From Camelus ferus (Eukaryota): 64,000 nucleotides of DNA. How positions within the stretch are numbered: position 1 is the first letter of the stretch; every line of letters begins with the position of its first letter. Below, piece by piece: positions 25,864 through 38,340 of this stretch. Location of the stretch: contig NC_045696.1 in assembly GCF_009834535.1 (NCBI RefSeq), positions 79,486,001-79,550,000 on the forward strand, given 5' to 3'. The translations under genes were made by a program, and so were the position numbers. The notes under the pieces are model-generated. The model ran no database searches. It had not been told where the DNA came from and saw only the letters and a list, made by a program, of their open reading frames with translations.

Positions 25864-27009
25864 AAGACTTGTGCTTTTAAACATCTTGCAGAATAAGCAA
25901 TAAGGAAATTCCAGAAAAGTTTTTGCAATACTTATCACAGTGCCATATTATTTTGCCTATGTACCATTTTTCTGTTTATAACAAACTTCAAAATTCTTCA
26001 AAACTTCAAAGATCTTCTAGCAGTATATTTCTATATATTCTCATCTATTTTCCCACATATATCTTGACCATAAGGTGTTTGGAAAAATAACAGCAATTAA
26101 AAAAATGATGTCGGCAAAATCAAATAATTCTCTTCTTAAACATAAAATTTATGGAATCTATGTTCGTTTCAAGAAAATTAAGTGTCACAATAGATTAACA
26201 TGTAGTTTTTCTAATAGGGTAATAGTTTATGTTAAAAGTGAGGAACAGTATAGGTCACAGAATGCCAAAACAACAGCGAGGATTTGGGAAGGAAAAAAAA
26301 AAGATTTTGAAAGGTTCAAAAAAGCTGGAGAACTGAAAGGTTATGTCAATTAAAGAATAACCCAAGACAATGAAAAATACTTCAAGAAACCTAATTTTTA
26401 AAAAAGAGCATCAAGCAGTGAAAAGAATTTCAGCTAAAATCAAAGAATATTTTAAATATAATTATACACTAAGCAACTGACAAAAGAGAAGTGATGAAGT
26501 GTAAAGAAACAGTCTATGAAGTAATTATTTAGACTCTATCTTCAGAATTAAAGCAAAAGAGCAGGCATTTGCTTAGCATCAAATCAGATATATGAGTAGA
26601 AAGGTGAGAAATTAAAGAACCAGCAGATTAACACCTTAAGAGACAATTAACTTAATAATGTTTTTTCTGCTGATAAAAGACCAACAGCTCTCAGTCAAAG
26701 TGCTAAATTAAGTAAAGATGATGGAAATTCTTAATTTATTCAGATGGTTAAATATCTGAAGGTAATCCAGCTAAGCTCACTTCTGGAAATTACCTTCACA
26801 AATAGCTTTTGTGAACGAGAATCACATCTACTACTGTCCAGGAGAGAATATTTCTTTCTTAAGTGAGTTTAGCTTCTGTTCCATTCATTCCTCCCACTAT
26901 GTCTCTGTAAGTCCAATATGGCAGCACAGTGAACCCATCAAGGCCTTTATTCCTTCCCCTCTCTCATGACCTAACATGGATGAGTGGAGCCAGCTCAGAA
27001 CGGGAGGAA

Positions 27010-27415
27010 GGCTCCAGGTATGGATGGAGTAAATAGCTTCGGCTTTCGAGTCAAACAGACCTACACTTAAATGACCCCATATCCACCTACCACCAAGTTG
27101 CTTACTTTCCTCATTTACCAAATTGGGGATAATAATACCCACCTCACAGAATTATTGGGAGAATTGAAACTAACAATGAAGATAAAATACCTGTTGCATC
27201 TTGGCACATAGGAAGTGTTTAATAAGTTAATTTCACTGTTAAGATTTGAGTCCAAATCCTGTTCTGCCATTAGAAGCTCTGTGGCTTAATTCCTGAAGAT
27301 ATAGTAACTACCTCATATTATTGCCATGAGGATTAAATAAGTTAAAATATATAAAACTGCTTAGAACAGTGTCAAGCAAATAATAAATGCTACATATGTA
27401 CTGTCACTTATTATT
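27010..27415 (+). mobile_element. Two adjacent MIR SINE fragments
   Basis: tttcctcatttaccaaattggggataataatacccacctcacagaattatt..., then gagtccaaatcctgttctgccatt...gaggattaaataagttaa...gcttagaacagtgtc. Confidence 0.75.
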
Positions 27416-27879
27416 TCTAGGCTCAGAATAAGTGAGCTGGGGGGTTCCGGAAATAAAAACAAAGTCCAAATATATAGGACATTTTATATAGTGTACAGAG
27501 GTCAAATTTTCTATGAGAGCAAGTACAACCAAGGGGGATCAGAACAGGGGTCCAGAATTCGTGACCTTAAAAATGAGTGAAGAACAAGAGACCAGAATCT
27601 AGGCTTTACCACCTTTTCTTAGAGTCATTGTGACATTTGAATGTTCAATGCTTGTAGGCACACGGTGACCACAAGGAGAACTGGGGTCTCACAGAGGTGG
27701 TTTGTAGAGATGGAAGGCTAGTTCCCCAGGGGAATCTTATACACTTCGCCTTGTTGATCTGTGACTTCACGTAAGTCCCACATTGGCATGGACATATCCA
27801 GGGCTTGCGTGACACCACGAGGCATCGCTTCAGGTTGGTGATGCTGTGCATGGTGCTGCTGTTCTCTCACTATACTTCA

Positions 27880-28050
27880 GAACCAGGCAGGCACTGGTTC
27901 TAATCCTGACTCTGTCTTTACCACCTTTGTGACTTGAGCGCACCCTACAGTGTATCTGACCCTCCACTTATGAAACACCTATCTCTCAGGGGTGCTTTGA
28001 GGTTTGCGAATATTACATACTCAGTGTCCGGCATGCATTCAGCAGGGAGT
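27880..28050 (+). mobile_element. MIR fragment
   Basis: gaaccaggcaggcactggttctaatcctgactctgtctttaccacctttgtgacttgagc. Confidence 0.55.
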
Positions 28051-28949
28051 TGTTAACTTTCTTTCTTTGTTTCACACCATCATAAGGTGTTTATTCTCAA
28101 TGCCTCTCTCTTTACACAGCGGAGTAATTCTTATCCCTCTTTGGGATAAATGATCATTATGCCCAGAATGTCCTTAGGCTTCTGCACATATTGACTTCTA
28201 TCACCTGGTTACACATGGTTGCTTCTAGTGCTATCTCTCTATTCCTGCTCTCAGGCTAGAGAAGGAGGCTATCAACCAAGGTAGCCATATAAATGAAATG
28301 AGTCCTGGGTTTCCTTTCAGCCTTTACATTCAGTAATTCTAGTTGTAAACTTAGCTCTATAAAAGCATATGCTTTAAATTCAAGTTGGCGCTTCTTTCTA
28401 CATACAGGTTACCTGAAACTATCTGTGTTGCTGCTCCCAGGATACCTCACATCAAACTTCAGTTTCCAGTTCATCATTATGACTTGAGGATGTCCACGTG
28501 CTACCCTCTGCATTTCCTTCTTTCCACTTCCCATAGCAAAACTTAAACTTGCCCTTCCAAACGAGATCATATGTCAACACCTATGAGGCCCTCCCCAAAA
28601 CACCGCCAAACATCCCAGATTGTCCTGCCCCCTGAATTTCCATGTCCACTATCATTGTAAAAGCAGTGACTACAGTGCATTACGATTTGCTGAATGTTTT
28701 TCTGACCCACGTAGCTATGTCCTGGTATTTAAAAATAGGACTAATGTCCTACTCATCTTCTTAACCCCAGTGTTCAGTACAATCCTTGCTTTTAGCATGG
28801 ACTCTTTAAATGTTTAGTAATTAAATAGATTATCACTTCTCTTACTTCAGTGAAATGACCAAGCTTATTAACAATAATCCCCTACACGTGTTCACTCCCA
28901 TCTCAACACAATTTTGCGTCTATCCCTGTCAGTCCAAGTACAAACAGAT

Positions 28950-31054
28950 TTCAGCAGCTATTAACAAACCAAGTAGGATTTTTCCTAGAAATGGGAGGAA
29001 ACCTAAATATTAAGAAATGTATTAGTATAAATCACCATAATAACACACCTAAAATGAAAACAATCATATAATTATTATATTATGTACAGAGACATTAAAT
29101 TTTATAGTATACTACATTTACATAAATCAAAATCTATTCTTGATACCGATTATAATTCTTAATTAGAAGGAAGGGATAGAGAGTTATTTTATTAATATGA
29201 TGAAATATATTTACCTGAAATCACAATCTCACAACATGAGTTCAATGAGTTTACAATAGAAATATTCTTATTAATGTCAGAAATAGAATAGCAAAATTCA
29301 CTCTCACAAACGTTTTTTGTCACGAGTAGGGAGGCACTATCCAACACGATTAGGGAAAAGAAATACAGATTGGAAGGGAGGTAAAAAATATATCATTTGA
29401 TACTGGTATAATTATTCTATCTGGAAACCCAAAGATATCAATGACTGAGTGAAAAATTAATATGCAGAAATCAATAGCTTTCATATACACTTATAAAAAC
29501 CAGTCATGCTGAAAATGAAAGAAAATACTCCATTTAAATAACAAAAGTTATCAAAGATTTAGGAATAAGTTAATAAATAATGTGCAAAATCTATATAAGG
29601 AAAAAATGTTAAATCCCCTGAGGGACAAAAAAAAAAAAAAAAAACTAAAACAAATAAAAGCCATGTCTTGCCAAGGAAGATACAAAATTATGTCATTAGT
29701 ATCTGCAAGTTAATCTATTTTAATATGCTTTAATAATAACATTCAGCAGGTTTTGCAAAAACTACACAAACTAAAGACCACACAGAATAATAAATAATCA
29801 AGGCTAGTTAGTAAAAAATAAAGAGTAATGAGAAAGGACTATCTCTATTAGATATCAAAATATATTAAAGCTTTAATAATTAAAGGATTGTTGTTCTGGT
29901 GAAGGAGAGAGAGAGGAATTGAATTGAATTGAAACCCTATAAATAAACCACATATGAAAACTGAGCAAATCATCATTGACATATATAAAAAGAATGACAT
30001 TTCAAGTCAATGAAGAAAATATGTATCATACAATGAACAGTATTGTGACAATCTGGGAAACTATCTGAAAAAAGTTAGATATAACCTCATCTTCATAGCA
30101 AATAAAATTCTATTGAATTGAAGACTTAGATATAAAAATTAGTTAACTTTCTCAAATAAATCAGCAGAGTATTTTTAAAACATAATTTAAAATGAGAAAT
30201 GACTTCTCAGATTACATAAAACTCAGAAGCAGTAAAAGCAAAACCGATAAATCTGACTACACAGAGTTAAAAGATTCTCTAAAGGGTAAACAACTTTATG
30301 AGCAAAAGTCAGAAGATAAAAGTGGGGAAATATTTTCAATGCATATCACACACACACACACACACACATCTTCGTGATATGTAACTATAACTATATATAT
30401 TATTATAACTGTATATACATACATATAATTACAGTTACAGTTACAAATACTTAAATATAAATATGTTACATATATACTTGTAATAATAGAAACTTTAAAA
30501 TAAACCATCACAAGACTTACAGCCCACTGAGAAAATAATGAGCAAAGCATATGGACTGTTTACCAAGAGAAAAAAAATCAACATATGGCTTTTAAACACA
30601 GAAAAGGACACTGCATTCTTAGTCATATTAGCAGAAATTTAAATTAAAACTGAAATGAGGTATTTTTTAACCCAGTAGTTTGGCAAAAATAAACTTGCCT
30701 GGCGACACACTGCATTAGTGGCAGCGCCTGTAAAGGCAGCTGAAGATGCAGCTGGTGGGAGTGTAACCAACACAGCTTCCAACGAAGCCACCTCAGTAAG
30801 ATCTTCCAAGATTAAAAATATATGTACCCTTTTATCTGACATTTCTATTTCTAGGTATTGTGTTTCATGTAAGCAAAATGATACTTGTATAGGGTATACA
30901 TTGTGGTGCTGTTTGTTACTGTACAAGAAAGAGCACAATCTAGCTGTCCATAGTGTGGAGCAGATTAAATAAGATATGACACATCCGTGTCACGGAACTC
31001 TATGAAAGCTTAAAAATAATGTTATGCGGATGAGCACATGATAGATAGATAGAC

Positions 31055-31125
<71 letters not shown>

Positions 31126-31420
31126 TGCAGAAGCAAAGTGCAGAACAGAAAAGTATATATTACACTGCTGATTCTACAAAATATATTTTTAAAATCACAT
31201 GCATATAAACATACACAAATGCAAAATCACATACACAGACTGTATGTAGGACAAAAAGAAAACTAATCTCATTGATTGTCCCAGACTGGGAGAAAAGGAT
31301 GGTTGGGTGGCAGGAGACACCGGAAGTTACCTTTTCTGTATACAGCCTGTTCTTTTGAATTTATTTGTATAACAGGGATAAATTAACTCATGAAAAGAAA
31401 AGAAAAAGAAAGAAAAAAAC
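28950..31420 (+). mobile_element. Old L1M (MC/ME-type) ORF2 3' half and 3'UTR
   Basis: tttttcctagaaatgggaggaa...tatctggaaacccaaag...gcagaaatcaatagctttcatatac...aaattaaaactgaaatgaggtatt...gctggtgggagtgtaacc. Confidence 0.8.
31040..31123. repeat. (GATA)3 GACA (GATA)17 tetranucleotide microsatellite
   Basis: Directly counted: 21 units with one GACA variant. Confidence 0.97.
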
Positions 31421-31679
31421 TGTTTTAAATATTTAAAGTAAGAGCTATCCCTTCCCTCCAGCACTTTTCTTCCCACCTGTTTCCTAAAGAGCACCCTCCT
31501 GCTGCTTCCCTTTCCTTCCTTCCCTTCCAAGCATCTTCAAGTGTAGCTGGCCCTTTCTCTCTGTTCAAATATCAGAAATCTTTATGGGTAAGAACTTCAA
31601 AAGTGAAAACAAACAAACAAAAATACCTGCAATTATTTATATATATTTTTTCCCGCCTGCTGCCTTAGTTTTTAATCTT

Positions 31680-32945
31680 CCATTAAGAAAATATTTTAAC
31701 TACCTACTATTCCATGGCAAACACTGTATTAGATTCCAAAGGCATAATAGTGAAAAAGGCCAAGGAGCACCAAGGAGCTTGCCATCTAATGCAGGAGACA
31801 ACTAATCAGGCAGTCAAGAACAGTGTGGTAAGTCTTACATTACAGAATATACAGGACAGCATGGGAGCTTATAGACGGGGCACCTCACACACACTATGGA
31901 TGTCCATAAAGTGATTTGCAGAGAAAGCAACATTTAAGCTACACAAGAAAGGTAAGTAGAATGGAAGAGGTCATAAGAATGAGTTCCATCCAAGGGAAAC
32001 AATGAGTGTACACTTAGAGAAAAGAGAGAGAACCCATTGCCCTTTTTGAAGGTTTAAAGTGCTTGAAGCTTCGACAAGGCTTATAAAGGGTTTGATAAAG
32101 AATGGATATCGAAAAGCAGAAAGACTGGAGAGAGGAAGACCAATTAGGACATAACAGCAGCAGTTCCATTCAAATATGATAATAACAGAAATCTGGAAGG
32201 ATGGAAATTGAGGAGATTTAAGAGATTTTAAGGAGTTCAGATACACAAGATTTGGTGATCGATTAAATACTGGAGATGAGAAAGGGAAGTTAAGAATTAT
32301 TCCAAATTTCTCTGCTAGAGCAACATGGTATGATGAATTGATATTCACTAGGTTAAGAAACAGAAAAAGGACTGGAGTTATGGAGAAAAATCTTTGAATT
32401 CAGTATTCTATACATTGAGTTCAGAGTGTCTGAAAGATTCTCAGGGCAGCTGTCCGGTAAGCACTTGAATATGCTAGTCTGTAGCTTCTGGAGACTGACC
32501 TAAGCTGGAGGTATAGATGTGGGAGTCATAACTATAAAAGTTGAAATTTAAGCCATAGAAGTGGACATGATTGTTCCAGGAAAGTACACAAAGGGAGAAG
32601 AGAAGAGCCTTTAAAATAACGTCACAAAGGGAACCACAGTTTACGTGATACGATAGAATGAAATACCTGAAACAGAGAAGAGTAGAAGAAAAGTTAGAGA
32701 ATAAGGAGACTGCAGTGTCAGGGAAGGCAAAGGAAGAGAATATTCAAAAAAATTCCCTTTCCACATTTCCCACTACCAAAAGAGTAGTCTAGCAGTCTGT
32801 GTGTGTCAAATATGGTCGAGGGAACAAATAAGATAAGGACTAAAAATTAGTTAATTGGATTTGGAGCAAGCAATTTCATAAATGAGTTATGTGTGCAGCA
32901 TTCATAATTGCATTTGGTTGAGGAATATGTGAGACTGGTGAGGAG
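31680..32945 (-). mobile_element. L2 LINE
   Basis: Reverse complement of the L2 tail and body (tacctactattccatggcaaacactgtattagattc...aagatttggtgatcgattaaat...gtcaaatatggtcgagggaacaaataagataaggactaaaaa). Confidence 0.8.
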
Positions 32946-33049
32946 GGTTTGTTCCTTCTTTCTCCAGATAAGGCCTCTGTAAATCTCTTATTCTAACTCC
33001 TGCATTCCTTCCTCATTACTTCATTCAAGTCCACAAGCTCACAACAGCA

Positions 33050-34765
33050 GAGCAAGAAAAATTATAGAAGATAAAGAGGGGGTCCTACAAAACAATAAAG
33101 GGGCAATATTTCAAGAAGACATACAATTCTTTATGTGTATGTGACTAACAGCAGAGCATCAAGATTAATGAAGCAAAAACTGATGGAACTACAAGGAGAA
33201 ATAGAGATACTATTATAGTTGGAGACTGTAACACCCCTTTATCATAAATGGACAGATCCAGAAGGCAGATCATCAGTAAAGACATAGTTGTCCTCAATGG
33301 CATCATCAACCATTTGTAAATAATTGGCACATATAGAATACTTCATCTAGTAACAGCAGATTACACATCTTCTCAAGATCACATGGCACATTCACCAATA
33401 CAGACAACATTCTGTGCCACAGAACACACCCTAACACACATTAGAAAAACAGAAGTCATACAATGTCTGCTCTCAGACCACAATGGAACCAAATCAGAAA
33501 TCAGTAATAGAAAGATAACTGGAAAATTCAAAATACTTGGAGATTAAACAATATATTTCTAGATAACACATGGGCCAAAGGAAAAAAATCTTAAGAGAAA
33601 TTTTCAAATATTTTGAACTAAATGCAAATGAAAATATGATTTATCAAAATTTGTGGGATACAGTGAAAGCAGTGCTTAGAGGGAACAGAATTGAAAAAAT
33701 TTATTTAAAAAGAAGAAAGATCTAAAAAGTAATCATCTAAGCTTCCCCCTTAAAACCCAGGGAAAAAAAAAGGAAATTAAGTCCAAGTGGGCAAAAATAA
33801 AATAAATAATAAAAATTAGAGCCACAAATCAGAGAAATCAAAGGAAGTTAATAGAGAAAATCAACAAAACCAAAAATTGGTTATTTGAAAAGATAAAAAA
33901 TTGGTAAGACCCTAAACAGGCTAACTAGAAAACACTGACAACACTAAATGCTGGTGAGGATATGGAGCAAGAATTGTCATTCCTTGCTGGTGGGAATGCA
34001 AAATGGTATGGTCACTTTGCAAGACAGCTGGCAGCTTCTTATAAAACTAAACATACTCTTACTATGTGATCCACAATCATGCTTCATAGTATTTACCCTC
34101 CAAAACTAAAACCTTACGTCCAGACAAAAACCTGTACATGGATGTTTATATTATAGCAGCTTTATTCATACTTGCCAAAACTTGGAAGCAACCAAAATGT
34201 TCTTCAGTAGGTGAGAAGAAAAAATAACCTAGGGTACACCCAGACAAGGAGAAACGAGCTATCGAGATTTAAAAGAGTTTCCCACATAGGCCACTTAAAT
34301 GCATGTCATTAAGTGAAAAAATCCAATCTGAAAAGGCAACATACTGTATGCTTTCAATAAAATGACACTCTAGAAAAGGCAAAACTATGAAGAAAGTAAA
34401 AAGATTAGTGGTTGCCAGGGGCTGGGGATAGGGAGGAAGGGACAAACAGGCAAAGTGCAGAGAGTTCAGTTTATTCTGTGTGATACCATAATGGTGATAC
34501 ATGTCCTTTATACATTTGTTCAAACCCACAGGCTGCACAGCACAATGAGTGAACCCTACTGTAAACTACAGACTTTCAGTGATAATGATGTATCAGTGTA
34601 GGTTCATCCATGATAACAAATGCACCACGTGGTCTGGAATCTTTATTGATAGTGGGTGAGGCTCTGTATGTGTGAGGACAGGGGTTATACAGGAACCCTC
34701 TGCACCTTGTGTTCAATTTTACTGTGAACATAAATAAAGTTTACTCATTAATTTAAAAAAACAAA
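33050..34765 (+). mobile_element. L1MC1/2-like LINE-1 with a large internal deletion
   Basis: ORF2 endonuclease region (atagttggagactgtaacacccctttatcataaatggacagatcc) joins at ~33930 directly to the ORF2 end and L1MC 3'UTR (gagtgaaccctactgtaaactacagactttcagtgataatgatgtatcagtgtaggttcatc). Confidence 0.85.
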
Positions 34766-34866
34766 GCAATTTATCCAATTGCAGGTTTTGACCCATTTTA
34801 TTTACTGGAAATACGGTGGTTTTAAGGAATAACTTAGCTTTTTCCCTTCAATACACAATGATATCA

Positions 34867-35005
34867 GGGGGGAGGGTACAGCTCAGTGGCAGAGCGCATG
34901 CCTAGCATGCACATGGTCCTGGGTTCAATCCCCAGTGCCGCCATGAAAAATAATAAATAAATGGATAAAATTAGTTACCTCCCCCCACAAAAAATTAGAA
35001 ATTAA
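34867..35005 (+). mobile_element. tRNA-derived camelid SINE (Vic-1 type)
   Basis: ggggggagggtacagctcagtggcagagcgcatgcctagcatgcacatggtcctgggttcaatccccagt, with Pol III A box (agctcagtgg) and B box (ggttcaatcc) and an A-rich tail. Perfect 17-bp TSD aatacacaatgatatca at 34850-34866 and 35006-35022. Confidence 0.92.
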
Positions 35006-38000
35006 AATACACAATGATATCAAATGTTTCCATAAATCTGTGTCACAAACTAGTAGAATAACATAAAATTATTGGTATTATCTTAGCTTCATTAGAATTT
35101 TAAGTTTTCCCTTTACTTCAAAGCACACACAAAAGTACATTTGTCTAAGCTAGAACTGATTTCTAGGTATAAAATAATTAAGTATGGGTAAGAGCAGATG
35201 TTTAATCCTGTAAATCTGTAATAATCTATCTTGTACCAAGTATCAGTAACAATGGAAGTTTTGTGCTTTGTCCTGGGTTCTTTCCACATTCATTTCTAGG
35301 CCAGACCCACAGCATACATCCTATATATGATTTGAGAAAGGAAGAATTCTCTGTGCTCTCTCTAGGGCCTTCTCATCTCCTGCCAGGCCAGTGAACAAGA
35401 TGAGTTTCTTTTTATAACGACAAGGCACAGAGATAATTTATCAACTGGAGAGCACAAACAATCCTTTATTCAGCAGAATGACAAAAGGTTATTTAGCTTC
35501 TGGCATCTACCATAGTTCTTGCAAGAACCAGGCCCAAGAGCCAAAATGATAATTAATAAATTTCCAACATCTGGGCAGTAAAACAATTTTTTATGAATGT
35601 TAAACAATGTCAGTGACAAATTAAAACCTCCCCTTCTTGTATTTATCTATCTGAACCCTTCACTGCGGAGCCAAATTTGCCTGTGTTCTGGCTATAAAAT
35701 GGAGATAGTGATGACATAGTAGGAAGACACTACACAACTTGGGAAATCCATATTACTAAGTGTCATTTAATCATATGGACAGTGATGATATCACCCACTG
35801 AGCCTAATGGAGAGTCATCCTTGCCAAGCGTAGAGTATCAAGTTAAATAACAGTTGAGGGGTATCAACCGTCACACCGAGTAAAGGAGCCATACTCAAAG
35901 GAGGCGCTGGAGTCTCAGTTTCTCTAGCTATCCTCCAGCACCTTTTTTCTTTTTCTTTTTTTTTTTTTTAAGTAGAAAAATAATTTTGGTTGTGTGGTTA
36001 CTTCTTGCTTAGACTGAGGAAGGTGACTCTCAAGTCCTAAAAGCCTTCATAAACTGAGAAGCACTGAATCTAAGAATCAAACTTAGCAGACCATCCAATT
36101 CAAGCCTCTGTCCCTTCCTTAGATTTCCCAATAAAAACGGTGTATGATTATGACCACAGTTGTGTGAATTAGACAATGCATGCTATTAGAATTTTTAAGG
36201 AGAAATAACTGTAGGCTAGAGTATTAAAGGCATTTTATGGGACAGTATAAACTGTATAAATCATAAATCCCATGCAGAATATATTGCAATTTATGAAAGA
36301 TTCTACAGATACAAATTGAAAACAATATGACCTAGAATAAAAAGTGGCCGTATTTAATTGAATTAAAATAGATTAACAAAAGGGAGAATTTCCTTGGATG
36401 CACTGGGCTCCCTCTGTTGTTTAAGTAATGTGTCTGTATATGAGAAACACCCGTCCTTGCAGTTTAATTGGAATCCATCATTAAATCTTTACACAGAAGT
36501 TATATTTTTGGATGAAATTATTCAGAAATGGTTAATTTTGAAGATCAGTCATAATAAACTTGTAGTTCTCTGAGAGAATTAGAAAGCTCAATTGTGAATG
36601 GTGTTTTCCAAAATGGGGTTTGCATATACCAGAAAACTGACAGATGATGCACAGGATTGCAAGAATACCTTAGTATGGTAATAAAACATAAGTATGTAAG
36701 TCAGAATAAGAACACATATTTGGATATGTCACCTCAAACATGTTTTATTAATGGGGGCATATGCTCAAAAGAGCTTGGAGAGCAATGTCCCAGGGGGACA
36801 AGGCTCAGTAATAGGCATTATCCAGTGAAAGCTCTGTTTAATGTGACAAAAATCCATAGACTATGTATTGGAAGAATAACTCATTCATTCATTTCTTCAT
36901 TCACTCAACAAATTTAGATTGAACCATTTGATATTACTAATGTTTGATCATTTCTGATTGTACACAAAGAACAATTTATATGGTTCGGTCTAATAGTTAC
37001 CAAACGTCTTTTACATGCAAGGACCATGGTATCTGCTGCAAGGAAGACAAAGACAGCCCTGCCTCCAAAAAAGCATGTAGCTTTATAAAATTTGTACCAA
37101 AAAAAATACTAAAATTTTGCAATATTAAGGAAAGGAAGAAGGAATGTCTATTCTCATTTTTTTGTTGTTGTTGTTGCTTTATTTTCTGGATTTAGCCACA
37201 TGACTTATCATTTGTGCATAATATTTTTAGTATGAAAACAATTAGTACTTTGCTCAGAACCAACGATTAGAAGTGGGGAACGGGGGCACTTATTAAAGTT
37301 CCACCATCAAAACACGGCATCAGCTTTGATAATTGAGGTAATGGATATGTGGGAACTTTAGACAAATACTATGAAACATGGCTTTGTTAAAACCTTTTCT
37401 CTGACTTCTATATATGCCCCTGATAAGCCCTTAAAGCATGCTGAACATCTTACAGAGGAGTAAGCTCTGTAATAAAAATAAGTATCTTTTCCTAAGCCAT
37501 TCAAGATCTGTTAAGACTTATTCCCACACACACACACACAAAAAGCCTGCAACTTTCAGATTTAGTTAATCAGTTTTGTCCAAAACAGCAAACAGAGTGG
37601 CAAGAAAGGGAAATTATGGAGTGCTTAGCTGTGTCTAGCAATGTGAAACTTTATGCTTCTGCTGACTAGATAGATTATCCTAAGATTTAAGCACGGTCCC
37701 TGGGATACAACTATATTTATTTGAAGTAATTATCTAGTTTTAACTCCTATGTTAGTGATCCCTGGAGATCCCTTCAGAGACAGCCACCTCCCTGTTCTCT
37801 GACTTGCCACTGTATTGCTCCTCAAAGAAAAGGAAATGTGATGTGGATGCTAACATGCATTTTACACCTATCACAATCTTTAGATTTTAAATTTGTATTA
37901 TTTTTTTCATCTAGCATGCTTGAATACAAAAAAAAAAATCTCTAATAACAATCCATATTATTCACAAACTATTAATTAAATTACGGTCCAAGCAACCGTA

Positions 38001-38009
38001 AATCCCAAT

Positions 38010-38280
38010 TTTTCAGGAATCTGCTCATGAAATAAAGACACATCGCTCTCCACACCCAACTGAACACTGTCCCTGTGCATATGTGTCACTGCTCTAATTT
38101 CCTCTTGCTTTGTGTGAATTTGTTGTCTGCACGTCTCTTTGCCCTAGTAAATTAGGAGACAGTGTAAATTCATATCTTATTCATTTCTGTTGCTCCATAG
38201 AGCCTAACAGGGCTTCTTCCAGATTTGGCATGAAATAAATGCTGAATGAAATTGTGAAACATTAATGAAGAAATAAACAG
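38010..38280 (+). mobile_element. L2 3' tail
   Basis: ctagtaaattaggagacagtg...atcttattcatttctgttgctccatagagcctaacagggc...aataaatgctgaatgaa. Confidence 0.6.
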
Positions 38281-38303
38281 TTTACAACAAGTAATAGCCC
38301 CAA

Positions 38304-38340
38304 AATAAACAAAACAAAAACAAAACAAAACAAAACAAAC
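38304..38340. repeat. (CAAAA)n-like simple repeat
   Basis: Directly visible. Confidence 0.8.

Noticed and set aside
34867..34945. tRNA gene
   Set aside because: It has an A-rich tail, a 17-bp TSD and no proper acceptor stem, so it is a SINE.
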